Assembly: GCA_964291285.2 (NCBI GenBank)
Contig: OZ219786.1
Location: 704,001-768,000 of the forward strand
From: Alphaproteobacteria bacterium
Lineage (GTDB): Bacteria > Pseudomonadota > Alphaproteobacteria > Bin95
Length of the DNA: 64,000 bases
Reading direction: 5' to 3'
Under the pieces are notes generated by a model, which ran no database searches, was not told the origin of the DNA, and saw only the letters and a list, made by a program, of their open reading frames with translations. How positions within the stretch are numbered: the first letter of the stretch is position 1; each line of letters begins with the position of its first letter. Positions 53,933-64,000 of the stretch are shown piece after piece. A program made the translations under genes and the position numbers.

Positions 53933-55630
53933 CCCTAAATCCGGCATTTGAGGATGGCGTGGCCTTGCCGAATCCCTTGTAGTCTGCGGATATGAGCGGC
54001 TTTTCAGGGGCCGAAGAGGCTCACCCTGTGGGTGATTATCCTGGCGCTGTGCGGGATGTCGCCCGAGCGTTCGTGAAGGTGGACACCTTCGGCGGCGCGG
54101 TTCATGTGGAATGGGACCCTGATGCGGCGGTGACGCCGCTGGGCCATCTGGCGTTTTTCGCGGAATAGCTGAAGGTGAGCGGTCGCTTTGACGCTTTGGT
54201 TGCGGACTGCCCGCTGCGGTACACGAGCCCGAACGCGCCGTCGAAGCGGGATGTCCTGGGGACGGTTCTTCTGTCGGTTCTGGCGGGGCAGTCCCGCTAT
54301 GCGCACATCACGTCGCTGCGCGGCGACGGGGTGAACCCTGCGCTGCTGGGTATGGACAAGGTTGCGAGCGAGGATTCGGTGCGGCGCGGTCTGGAGCGGC
54401 TCGGTGCGGATGAAGGCACATCGTGGCTTCAGGGCCATCTGGACGAGGTGGTCCGTCCGCTGCTGAGGGAGCCGTGGGTTCTGGACTGCGACACGACGAT
54501 CAAGGCGCTTTACGGTCGTCAGGAGGGAGCGGTTGTGAGCTACAACCCGAAGAAGCCGGGCCGCCCCTCGCATGCCTGCCATGCGTTCCTGATGGCGGGC
54601 ACGCGGCTTGTTCTTGATGTCGAGGTGGCGCCGGGCAACCATCACCATTCGAGGCGCGCGGCGCCGTCCTTGTGGGCGTTGCTCGACCGTCTTGGGCGGG
54701 ATCGCTGGCCGCGTCTGGTGCGGGGCGACAAGGACTGGGGCAGCGAGGCCAACATGGCGTCGTGCGAGGCTGCGGGTCCGGACTATCTGTTCAAGCTGCG
54801 CCTGACGAAGGGGGCGCGCCGGCTTGCCGAGCGGCTGATGGCGCGGGACGGCTGGGAGGATGCGGGCCAGGGCTGGTCGGGGATCGGGGCCGATCTGCGT
54901 CTGCAGGGCTGGAGCCGGACGCGCCGGGTTGTGGTGCTGCGCCGGCGGCTTCCTGCGACGCTGGCGTTGACGCGTGGCGACAAGGCCCGGGGCGAGCTGT
55001 TCCGGACCGGGGCGCAGCCCGGCACCGGGGTATGGGAGTTCGCGGTGCTGGCGACCTCGCTGGACCTGGAGATACGCTCGCTGGCCCGGCTCTACCGCGA
55101 CCGGGCGGACGCGGAGAACGGCTTCGACGAGTTGAAGAACCAGTGGGGTTGGGGCGGCTTCACCACGCGCGACCTGACGCGCTGCCGGCACATGGCCCGG
55201 CTGGTCGCGCTCATCTACAACTGGTGGAGCCTGTTCGTGCGCCTCGCCGACCCCGACCATCACCGCGAGGCGATCACCAGCCGGCCGCTGCTCCTGCACG
55301 GCGTCGCCCGCCAGACCCACCACGCCGGCCAGACCCGGCTGACGGTGACCTCCCATCACGGGCGTCGCAAGACGGTGATGGCGGCGCTGCGCCGGATCGC
55401 CGGCTTCTTCCGGTCGCTGACGCAAACTGCGGAGCAGTTGAGCGCCGGGGATCGCTGGCGCCGCATCCTCGCCGAGGCGCTCAGGAAATACCTCCATGGC
55501 CGCGAACCGGGGCGTCAACCCTGGCTGCCGCCACCCAGGGCCGCGACCGCGTGCTGAAATCCACGCCCAAATCCGGCCGTTCACACTACCCCGAGACAGC
55601 GATCAAGCCCGTCAAATGCCGGATTTAGGG
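53933..55630 (+). mobile_element. IS1380-family insertion sequence
   Basis: Perfect 19-bp TIR CCCTAAATCCGGCATTTGA; no matching target duplication (TTTA vs TGAA). Confidence 0.88.
53992..55557 (+). pseudogene. IS1380-type transposase with in-frame TAG at 54166-54168
   Basis: VDTFGGAVHVEWD...FFAE*LKVSG then LDCDTT, YNPKKPGRPS, RGD, YRDRADAENGFDELK. Confidence 0.8.
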
Positions 55631-55637
55631 TGAAGGA

Positions 55638-56068
55638 TCATCCTGCAATGAGTAGTTGATATGGGATGGGTTGTGTTCTGACGGCGCTGTGAATGAAGCG
55701 TGGGATCATGGAGTTGAGTTGGTATCGTCGGTTGTATCGCCAGGCAAAGCTGGCGAGGTAGCGTTCGGCATGGTCGGGACCGAGCTTTCGGTAGGTTCCG
55801 GCGATGGCGCTCTTGATGTTGCCGAGGGTCGTGTTGACCCATTTGAAGGGGGCCATGCGGGCGGCCCGGCGGCCTGAGCCGGTGCGGATGGCGCTGTGGC
55901 TTGCGGCGATGCCGTCGAGGGCGTTCCAGCAGTGCAGGGCATCGGTGACGACCTCCGTCCCCGGGGCCAGCCAGCGTTTGGCGCCGCGCGCGATCTCGCG
56001 CTTGCGGAAGCCCTTGACCGGGGCGAGCTTGACCTTGCGCGGAGCCCCTTCGGCGCTGGTCGAGACCG
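55638..56068 (-). pseudogene. IS1595-family transposase, C-terminal fragment
   Basis: VVTDAL, FKWVNTTLGNIKSAIAGTYR, RYLASFAWRYNRR; N-terminal Zn-ribbon and first Asp missing. Confidence 0.8.
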
Positions 56069-56079
56069 CGCCTCCCTCC

Positions 56080-56241
56080 CCGCCGCTCGCGCCGCTCACC
56101 ATGCTTGCGGACGCCAATGCTTCGGGCAAGAACAACCTGGTGAAGGCGCTACGATTGTTGTCGTGGATCGCCCAAGGGCACAGACTCACCGCGATCCGCC
56201 ACGCTCTGCAGGATGCCAATTATCCCATTCGCGGAATGTGA
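56080..56241 (+). pseudogene. N-terminal remnant of ABC/AAA_21-type ATPase
   Basis: LAPLTMLADANASGKNNLVKALRLL is a decayed GxNASGKSN Walker A region. Confidence 0.55.
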
Positions 56242-57215
56242 CCGTCGTTTGCCGTGAAAATGGTTGGGGATCGGGCGCACAAAGACCCCTCCCCGCCAAA
56301 GCACTGCTCCCGAGGCGTCCGATACTCGCCATCTGCGGCGCCCGTCTTGCGGATCGTGACCGGTAGGCAGCCCCGTACAACCCCGAAGTCCCGCCCGCGC
56401 GGCCGGCACCTGTTTTCATGATACGGAGTGGCCGACCCGCCCGGCAATGGACGTTTGGGGGCGTCCGGCGTCCATGAGCGGCGGAGAAGAAGGGCGGTGC
56501 CAGCGCGCGGTGATGGCGCCGCCGGCGGGAAATGGGCGCGCATTTGTCGATGCGCCGCTGGCGGCGGCGGCGGGCCTGGAGTGGGGAAGACGCGGCAGCG
56601 GACGCTCCATTGCGTTCCATTGCACGCCGGTGGAGAAAGCCGCGCCTGCCGGTCGTCGATGGGCGCCGCGGGCCCGGTTTGCGGGGGCCCGTCGGCGGCT
56701 GACTGTGGCATGGATGCAACATGTCGGTGAAATCGGCGTGGGGGTTGGTCCGGGAGCTTGTGCGGTGTCGTGCGCCGGGTTAGGTTTTGGGCAATCTCAG
56801 CGGCGAGTATACCCGGACGTGACTTCAGCGGCTCGAACACAGTGTAGAATACGCCTCGCGCCTCTTCATGTCTTTCATATGCGGGCTTTTGGCGCCGGTC
56901 AGCCGGTTCGCCATCGGGAGAGCGGCTCCCGCCTGATTGTTGTCTTTCCCGCCCGTGCGTCCTCTGCGGAGGAGCGCCGGGCGCGTGCAGATGGACAGGT
57001 TGCCGGGCAGCGCGCGGGAGCGCGCCCGCCGCGCTTGCGGCATGACCGCCTTGCGGGCGGCCCGGCTTTCCCCGTCACGCTTCCTGCCGCGGCCTTTCCG
57101 GGGCCGCGGCTTCACCTCCCGTCCCCGGTGACCTGCCGCCCCGTCGTGCGCCTTCTCCGGCGTGCGGCGGTCGACGGGCGCTGCGGACGGGCTTTCACCT
57201 GAAGGAGACGAGACG

Positions 57216-58397
57216 ATGACGACAAGACATGGCCCGGCATGGCCGGGGGACGGCAGGCTGCATGGCGGATGCCGAGCGCGGGGTTTCACGGGCAAGGTTC
57301 TTCTTGCGGCCTCGGGTCTTGCGCTTGCGGCGGGTCCTGCGTCTGCGGCGGAGATGCTGAGCGTGGGCGTCGGCGGCTACATGCAGCAGTGGTTCGGGAT
57401 GGTCGATGTGGACGACGAGGCGGACGCGATGAAAGAGGGCGGCGTTGCCCAGCAGTCGGACAGCGAGATCTTCTTCAAGGGCAAGCTGGACGCCGACAAC
57501 GGCATGACCTTCTCGGTGAAGGTGGAGCTCGAGGGCAACAGTCAGTCGGGTTCGATGATCGACGAGTCGCAGGTGACGGTTGGCGGCGAGTTCGGTCAGA
57601 TCACGCTGGGAGCCGAGGACAGCGCGGTGGTTCTCACCCACATGGGCGTGCGGGATGCCGGTTTCGGCATGCTCTGCGGCGACATGGGCAGATGGATCAA
57701 CGGCATCAACGAGTGCGGGCCCTCCGGCCTGGGGACCGCGGGCCACGGCCTCGGCGACAGGAACCTGGTGAGCTACTTCACGCCGCGGGTGAACGGCGCG
57801 CAGATGGCCGTGAGCTACATCCCGAACACCGGGCAGGAAGGCCGTGGCGGCAATGTGAAGAACAACGACATGGACGCCTGGTCGGTCGCCGGCAACTACA
57901 AGGGCGATTTCGGCAACATGAACCTGGCGTTCTCTGCGGGCCACTACCAGAAGAGCCAGATGGACGACGACGACTACACCTTCACGAATGCCGGCCTGCA
58001 GGTGGGCATGGGGGCGTTCAGCTTCGATGTCGCCTATGCCACGGCGGACGACGGGATGAAGACGGACTCCTCGGATGATGTCGAGGTCGTGGCCGCCGGT
58101 GTGATGTATTCGGAGGGCGCGCTGGCGGTGAGCCTGAGCGGCACGATGACCGAGGCCGACGACGGCACGGAGCAGTCGGGGGGCCTGTTTTCGGCGAGCT
58201 ACATGCTGGCGCCGGGCATTGCCTGGAGAAGCTCGCTGTTCATGGCCGAGAGGGACCGCGGCACGATGCCCGGCAAGCACGATTTCGGCGTGCCGTCGGC
58301 GCAAAGAGGCAAGCCTGCGCCCAGCACCGGCAGCAATGCCGCCGGCAGCAACGTCGAGGGCGCCGGGTTCGTGACCGGCATCACGCTGAGCTTCTGA
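57216..58397 (+). CDS. Outer-membrane porin (alphaproteobacterial type)
   Basis: Signal peptide, SDSEIFFKG..LDADNG, IDES...GEFG, SYFTPRVNG, C-terminal Phe. Confidence 0.88.
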   Translation: MTTRHGPAWPGDGRLHGGCRARGFTGKVLLAASGLALAAGPASAAEMLSVGVGGYMQQWFGMVDVDDEADAMKEGGVAQQSDSEIFFKGKLDADNGMTFSVKVELEGNSQSGSMIDESQVTVGGEFGQITLGAEDSAVVLTHMGVRDAGFGMLCGDMGRWINGINECGPSGLGTAGHGLGDRNLVSYFTPRVNGAQMAVSYIPNTGQEGRGGNVKNNDMDAWSVAGNYKGDFGNMNLAFSAGHYQKSQMDDDDYTFTNAGLQVGMGAFSFDVAYATADDGMKTDSSDDVEVVAAGVMYSEGALAVSLSGTMTEADDGTEQSGGLFSASYMLAPGIAWRSSLFMAERDRGTMPGKHDFGVPSAQRGKPAPSTGSNAAGSNVEGAGFVTGITLSF

Positions 58398-58479
58398 CCT
58401 GCGTTTCGCGCGGCGAAGGAACGGTTCAAACGGTTTGCCCGGTTTGTCCGGGCTTGAGAGAAAGAAGGAGAAGGGTTCG

Positions 58480-60189
58480 ATGAGGACCATGAGACATGTG
58501 GCTCTGGCGGCGATGGCCGCTGCGGGCCTGGCGCTCGCGGGCTGCGGAGGCGGTGGCGGGAAGAAGGCGGCCGCGCCGATGGACGGCGACCAGCAGATGG
58601 AGATGACGGACGTCCAGAAGGCGCAGTCTTACGTCGCCGCCGCCACGGCGGCCAAGAAGGCGGCGGAGGATGCCGTGAAAACGGCCAAGATGCAGCTTGA
58701 CGCGGCCAAGTTGGCGAACGCATATGACATCTACACCACCGGAGGCGACAGTTCGGTGGTCCGGACCAACGCCGCGGCCGTGATGGCCGCGAAGGCGGCG
58801 GCCGACAAGGCGCTGGCGGACGCCAAGGCGGCGCTGACGGCGGCCAGGAAGGCGCTGACGGACCTGAACGCCGTGTCGGGCACGCCCGGCCTCGCGTCGC
58901 AAAAGGAGGTGGTCGGTCAGCGGATCAAGGACGTGGAAGCGCAGATCAAGCTCATCGAGGGGTACCAGACAACGGTCAACGGCTATGCCGCGAAGGTCGA
59001 TACCGAGGCGAAAATCAAGGGCCTCGCCGGCGAAACCCCCGCTAGTGCCGCCGAGAGCGGCAACAACGCGCGGCGGGTCCTTTACATGCTGCAGCCCACC
59101 GGCGAAGGCAATGGCTCTTCTGCTCCCAAGAACGCGTCAATGTACTTGTTCAGGCCAGGACTGACTGCCCTGCCTAAGGGGGATACGAAGGTACCGATGG
59201 AGCGCGTCGCCCCTACCCCCTCGGACGCCAGCACAGACCCTGGCCGCTCCAAGGGCTACATCGAGTATGACCGGCGCGGCCTCCCGGAAGACGCCATGAC
59301 CTGGGAGCAGATCGCCGGAGCGGGGAACCTGATCAAGAAGGCCTTCGGCACCAACATCATGGATGTCGATGTCCTGCCCCTTGCCGGGATGCCCGTTTCC
59401 GCATTAACCGACTCGGATGGAAAGGCCCTGACGGCGCTTCCTGAAATCCCCGCCAACGGCATACTCGCCGACCAGTATTACAAGGGGATCAAGGGGACGT
59501 TGTATTGCCAGGGCAGCTGTAAGGTTGACGGCGACAATCTGATGGGTTCGCTGTTTTTCCAGAAGGTTGGGGGAAATACGCTCTACTACCAGATGAAGGC
59601 GGGCAACTCCTACTACACGCCGTACGGCACCTATGCCCGCTACGGGTACTGGCTGTATGAGAGCGTCAGCACCACCAATATCGTTCTCTTCGCCCACAGC
59701 CCCGCCGGCTCTGCCGGGGATGTCAGCGAGACCGCCGGGCTTGCCGAAACCGCCACCTACGAGGGCAAGGCCCTGGGCCTGTCGGTGCTGAAGACCTACA
59801 CCGGTCCCACTGTCACGGGGCTAAAGTCGGGACGGTTCACGGCGGATGTGACGCTCAACGCCAAGTTCGGGGCGGCGGGGACACCAGCACTGGGAGGAAA
59901 GATCGACAACTTCATGGGGAATGCCGTCGACGAGGACTGGAGCGTTACGCTAACGGAGAAGCAGGATGACGACATCGACTTTCAAGGCTCGAGCAACAGG
60001 GGCGAGGCCCAGGGTTCCGACTCTGTCGGCGGCGTCACGCCTCGAGCCGGCCAGTGGGAGGCTAGGCCCTATGGCGATAGCGACACGAAGCGTCCGGTCG
60101 GCGTGATCGGCACCTTCAACGCCCACTTCTCAAACGGGCACGCTGCCGGCGCCTTCGCAACGAGGATGAAGACGGAGACGACGGAGTAG
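58480..60189 (+). CDS. Surface lipoprotein with TbpB/fHbp-like C-terminal barrel
   Basis: Lipobox LAGC plus Gly linker, Ala/Lys-rich helical stalk, ATYEGKA.G, FTADVTLNAKF, G.FNAHF.NG..AGAF. Confidence 0.75.
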   Translation: MRTMRHVALAAMAAAGLALAGCGGGGGKKAAAPMDGDQQMEMTDVQKAQSYVAAATAAKKAAEDAVKTAKMQLDAAKLANAYDIYTTGGDSSVVRTNAAAVMAAKAAADKALADAKAALTAARKALTDLNAVSGTPGLASQKEVVGQRIKDVEAQIKLIEGYQTTVNGYAAKVDTEAKIKGLAGETPASAAESGNNARRVLYMLQPTGEGNGSSAPKNASMYLFRPGLTALPKGDTKVPMERVAPTPSDASTDPGRSKGYIEYDRRGLPEDAMTWEQIAGAGNLIKKAFGTNIMDVDVLPLAGMPVSALTDSDGKALTALPEIPANGILADQYYKGIKGTLYCQGSCKVDGDNLMGSLFFQKVGGNTLYYQMKAGNSYYTPYGTYARYGYWLYESVSTTNIVLFAHSPAGSAGDVSETAGLAETATYEGKALGLSVLKTYTGPTVTGLKSGRFTADVTLNAKFGAAGTPALGGKIDNFMGNAVDEDWSVTLTEKQDDDIDFQGSSNRGEAQGSDSVGGVTPRAGQWEARPYGDSDTKRPVGVIGTFNAHFSNGHAAGAFATRMKTETTE

Positions 60190-60212
60190 CCGGCTCCCGG
60201 AGCCTCCGGTTC

Positions 60213-60248
60213 AGGCCCCGGCCGCTTCGCGCGGCCGGGGCCTTCTTT
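60213..60248 (+). terminator. Strong hairpin/terminator between lipoprotein and Slam genes
   Basis: 13-bp stem AGGCCCCGGCCGC / GCGGCCGGGGCCT followed by TCTTT. Confidence 0.65.
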
Positions 60249-60302
60249 CCTCCGGCGCCCTCCGGGCGGCCGGAGGTTCCCTTTGCACGGACAGGGGTTT
60301 TC

Positions 60303-61464
60303 ATGCGCATACCCGCTCTCGTCATTGCGGCCGGGCTGTATCTGTTCGCCGCCGCGGCCCACGGCCAGGACGCGACCGGCGAGCGGTTCCGGGCGGGCAT
60401 GGAGGCGCTTGCCGCCGCGCAGGCCGCCGCGGACCGGGACGCCCGCGACGGGAAGCTCGACGAGGCGATTGCGGCGTTCCGGGCCATCCTGGTGGACCGC
60501 CCGGACCTGGTGCGGGTGCGCCTCGAACTCGCGCACGCCTTCTTCCTGAAGGAGGAGGACAGCCTGGCGCGGCGGCATTTCGAACAGGTGCTGGCGGGGA
60601 CGCCGCCGCCGGCGGTGGCCGCCAACATCCGGCGCTTTCTCGACATCATGCGCGCGCGGCGGCGCTGGGAGGCGCATTTCGGCCTGGCGGTGGCGCCCGA
60701 CAGCAACCTCAACGCCGCATCGGGAGAGCGCACGATCTTTCTCGACACGCCGTTAGGGCGCCTGCCCTTCACCCTCGACGGCGACGTGTCGCGCAAGTCG
60801 GGCATCGGCGTCTCGCTGTGGGGCGGCGGCGAATACCAGGTTCCGCTTTCGCCGGCCCTGCGGCTGCGCGCCGGGGCGGACGCCAGCGCGCGGGAATACA
60901 AGGGCGGGGCGTTCGACCGCCATTCGCTCTCGGCCCATATCGGCCCGCGCCGGCTGATCGACGGGAGCACGGAGGCGAGCCTGCTGGCGGTGGTGGACCG
61001 GCAGTGGACCGCCGGGCGGCCCGAGACCGACCGCTTCGGCGTCCGGCTGGAAGGCGCGCACCGCCTGACGCCGCGCCTCGCCCTGTTCGCCCACGCCAGC
61101 GCCACCCGGCGCAACTGCCGCGGCTGCAACCATCTCGACGGCCCGGTAGGCGATGCGATGCTCGGCGCAAGCTGGGCCGCCCTGCCGATCCTGCGCCTCG
61201 GCGGCCATGCCGGATACAACTGGACCCGCGCCAATGCCGGACACTGGCGCAACCGCGGACCCCGGGCCGGCCTCGGCGCGACGCTCGCGCTGCCGGCCGG
61301 CTTCACCCTCGGCCTGCGCGCCTCCCTGCAGCGCGCCGCATACCGGGGACAGGGCTTCGCCCACAATACCATCGACCGCAGGCCGCGCCGGGACGAGACG
61401 CGCAGCCTCTCGCTCTCCGTGCACAACCGCGCCGTCACCGTGCTCGGCTTCAGCCCCCGCCTCT
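60303..61464 (+). pseudogene. Slam/DUF560-like outer-membrane translocon interrupted by IS66
   Basis: Signal peptide, TPR-like RVRLELA, APDSNLN barrel start; homology stops at GFSPRL where GTATCCG begins. Confidence 0.75.
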
Positions 61465-61549
61465 GTATCCGTTCGGGTTCCGGGGGATCGTATGCCTCCA
61501 CGGATTTTCTGACTGGTAACTACTTCGCGCATGCGCTACGGTCTCGCGC

Positions 61550-63715
61550 ATGGCGGTTTTCGACGCGGATTTCTGCACCGACCTGACGCTGGCCGAGGGG
61601 GGCGACACCTTGTGGTCGCCTCCCATGGTGATGCCGGCGTGCGAGCCGCTCGACTGGGCGTCTGTGCTTGAAGAGGCAGAGGCGCGGATCGAGGAGGAAC
61701 GGGGTCGCGCACGCGTGGCGGAGTTGCGCCGCGAGGAACTGCGCTGGTCGGAGAGGGACGCCTGTACGCGCGTGCGTTCTCTGGAGAGGCAGCTTGAGAC
61801 TTGCCGGTTCAAGCTCAAGTTGGCCGTAACCAGGACCGCGTCGCGGGCCATGAAGGCGTTGGAGCGCAGGGTCGAGTATCAGGACGACGAGATCGCCGGT
61901 CTTTACCTCTCGTTGCGCCGGTCTCACGAGCACCGGGAGCGGGTCGAGGCGCGCCACCGGGACGAGATCAACTGGTTGAAGCAGGACATCGACCGGGAGC
62001 GCTCGCGGCTCGCGAAGGTACACCGCGAGGGCGAGCGCGTGGCCGAATCTCTGCGCAGGCGGTTCGACCGGCATCTCGCCGCGGCCAGGCGGCTGGTGAA
62101 GGCCGGGGAGGGCACGATCGCGTGGCTGCGCGCGCGCAACGACCGGCTGCGGGCGGCGGTCGTGCGGGCCACGGAGCTGATCGGGTCGCTGCGGGAGAAG
62201 AATGCCGGGCTGCGCGCCGAGGTGCGGGATCTGAAGGGCGAGAATGCCGCGCTGGCCGCGCGGGTCGAGAAGCTGGAAGGCGACCTCGACAAGCTGCGCT
62301 CGACCCGCAGCGTCCTGTCGAAGGCGCTCTACGGCAGCAGGAGCGAGCGGCAGAAGAAGCCGGGCACCGGGCGCGAGCGCGGCCAGCAGCGCGGCACCGC
62401 CGGGCACGGCCGCACCCGGCGCCCCGGGCTCAGGAAGAAGAAGGAGACGCGCGACCCGCCGGAAGATGCGCGGATCTGCCCGCGTTGCGGCAAGCCCTAT
62501 GTCGCCAACGGCGAGCGGCGCACCACCCTCTTCGAGATCGATGTCGAGGCCTGCGAGCGCACCATCGTCCGGTCGCGCTGGCGCCGGGCTTGCGACTGCG
62601 CCTCCGCGCCGCGGGAGGTGACCGCGCCGCCGGCGGTGCGACTGTTCGAGACCACGCCTTACGGGATCAGCGTCTGGACGTGCATGCTCTACGAACGGTT
62701 CGTCTGCTGCCGGCCGCTGCATCGGGTCGCGGCCTGGCTGGCCGACATGGGGCTGACGATCTCGCCGGGCACCCTGGCCGACAGCATCAAGCGCTTCGTG
62801 CCGCTGTTCGAGCCGCTGGCCGAGGCGATCCTTGCGCACCAGAACACCGCGGCCCTGCGCCATGCCGACGAAACATCCTGGCGCGTTCAGGCCTGGCGCG
62901 AGAAAGGCCGGTCGAGCCGCGCCTGGCTGTGGACCTCGGTGAGCCCGGACGCGGTCTATTACCACATCGATCCCTCGCGCAGCGCCGAGGTCGCGATGAA
63001 GCTGTTCGGTTCGACACAGGGCATCGTGGTTCTGGTCTGCGACCGGTTCAGCGCCTACAGAAAGCTGGCCCGCGAACTCGCCGGCAAGGTGATCCTGCAA
63101 TGGTGCTGGGCGCACCAAAGGCGCTCGTTCATCGACGGCGCGGCCGGGCGGGTGCGGCTCAGGCGCTGGTGCCAGAGATGGATCGAGCGGATCGCGGAGA
63201 TCTACCGGCTCAACGAGGCGCGGCTGGAGCATTACGACCCCGCTCACCCTCTCGAACGCCAGACGCCGGCGTTCGACGTCGCGCACGCCAGGCTGAAGAA
63301 GGCGGTCGACGAGCTGTTCGCGGCCGCCGAAGCGGAACTGGCCGGGCTGACGGACAGGGCGCGCAGGGCCAGGCCGCTGCGCTCGCTCCTCAAGCACCGC
63401 GAGGGGCTGTGCGTCTTCGTCGACAAGCCGTTCGTGCCCATGGACAACAACCGCGGCGAACTCTCCCTGCGCTTCGCGGTCATCGGGCGACGGCTCTCGT
63501 TCGGCTCCGACAGCGAGAAAGGCGCCGGGTTCACGGCAACGATGTACTCGGTGGCCGGCACGCTGGCGATCAACGGCATCGACGTCCGGCGCTGGCTCGG
63601 TGAATGGCTGACCGCGTGCGCGGAGAACGGCGGCGAGCCGCCGGAAGACCTCTCGCCCTGGCTGCCGTGGTCGATGAGCGAGGCGCGCCGGCGCGAACTC
63701 GCGGCGGCGGGATGA
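61550..63715 (+). CDS. IS66 transposase TnpC with long coiled-coil N-terminus
   Basis: LYGSRSER, CPRCG Zn finger, HADET, CDRFSAY, CWAHQRR, DNNRGE; start uncertain. Confidence 0.9.
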   Translation: MAVFDADFCTDLTLAEGGDTLWSPPMVMPACEPLDWASVLEEAEARIEEERGRARVAELRREELRWSERDACTRVRSLERQLETCRFKLKLAVTRTASRAMKALERRVEYQDDEIAGLYLSLRRSHEHRERVEARHRDEINWLKQDIDRERSRLAKVHREGERVAESLRRRFDRHLAAARRLVKAGEGTIAWLRARNDRLRAAVVRATELIGSLREKNAGLRAEVRDLKGENAALAARVEKLEGDLDKLRSTRSVLSKALYGSRSERQKKPGTGRERGQQRGTAGHGRTRRPGLRKKKETRDPPEDARICPRCGKPYVANGERRTTLFEIDVEACERTIVRSRWRRACDCASAPREVTAPPAVRLFETTPYGISVWTCMLYERFVCCRPLHRVAAWLADMGLTISPGTLADSIKRFVPLFEPLAEAILAHQNTAALRHADETSWRVQAWREKGRSSRAWLWTSVSPDAVYYHIDPSRSAEVAMKLFGSTQGIVVLVCDRFSAYRKLARELAGKVILQWCWAHQRRSFIDGAAGRVRLRRWCQRWIERIAEIYRLNEARLEHYDPAHPLERQTPAFDVAHARLKKAVDELFAAAEAELAGLTDRARRARPLRSLLKHREGLCVFVDKPFVPMDNNRGELSLRFAVIGRRLSFGSDSEKGAGFTATMYSVAGTLAINGIDVRRWLGEWLTACAENGGEPPEDLSPWLPWSMSEARRRELAAAG

Positions 63716-64000
63716 CCGGCGCGGTCGAGTGTCGCTATTACGGGCGCGACTTCACCGAAGATGAAATGGCGCTGCTGCGTGCCCTGATCGCCGATCCCGC
63801 CCCGCTCTCCCGCCGCGCCCTGTCGATCGAGTTCTGCCGGCGCATCGGCTGGCTCAAGCCCGACGGCGGACTGAAGGACATGATGGCCCGTGTCGCCATG
63901 CTCGCCATGCACAAGGACGGGCTCATCGAGCTGCCGCCGCCGAGGGGGCGGCAGCACCGGCCCAGGCCGGTCCAGTTCGGACCCGACACCGAACCGCCGC
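63712..64000 (+). CDS. DUF4338 (DruA-related) domain protein, partial
   Basis: Manual translation MTGAVECRYYGRDFTEDEMALLRALI...SRRALSIEFCRRIGWLKPDGGLKDMMARVAML...GLIELPPP; ATGA overlap with tnpC. Confidence 0.7.
   Translation, partial: MTGAVECRYYGRDFTEDEMALLRALIADPAPLSRRALSIEFCRRIGWLKPDGGLKDMMARVAMLAMHKDGLIELPPPRGRQHRPRPVQFGPDTEPP

Larger units (their letters stand above)
61465..64000 (+). mobile_element. IS66-family element (right end outside window)
   Basis: Begins GTA at the Slam breakpoint; carries TnpC and a coupled DUF4338-like gene. Confidence 0.75.

Noticed and set aside
54166-54168. In-frame TAG in the IS1380 transposase as pyrrolysine or programmed read-through
   Set aside because: The context (FFAE*LK) fits a Tyr codon mutated to TAG and nothing suggests Pyl machinery; a simple nonsense mutation is more likely

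Overview
High-GC window from an alphaproteobacterium: the LexA box has the alphaproteobacterial form GTTC-N7-GTTC, and it carries an ialB-like/rlmN/argG block, a split metH and an alpha-type porin. Most of it is catabolic or housekeeping genes: iorAB, 2OG oxygenases, CoA transferases including an Mct-like enzyme, a GMC oxidoreductase, the imuA-imuB-dnaE2 SOS cassette, a sulfide/sulfite oxidation cluster and a porin-lipoprotein-Slam (type XI secretion-like) locus. Five IS elements or remnants are present (IS5/IS1182-like, IS3, IS1380, IS1595, IS66). Two things not visible in the ORF track stand out. (1) A tandem pair of probable selenoprotein genes at 42045-43126: a peroxiredoxin-like UxxC protein and, unusually, a PAT/ArsN-type GNAT acetyltransferase whose in-frame TGA sits at a Cys-equivalent position. 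Each TGA is followed by a SECIS-like hairpin. (2) A dispersed, transposase-free element family with three copies plus a fragment. Each copy has an AT-rich promoter-like segment, a conserved structured leader, an RBS with a variable cargo ORF (a terminase-small-subunit-like HTH protein in one copy) and terminal CATGACA repeats at an exact 10-bp period. All family assignments come from motif recognition by eye, not from database searches.
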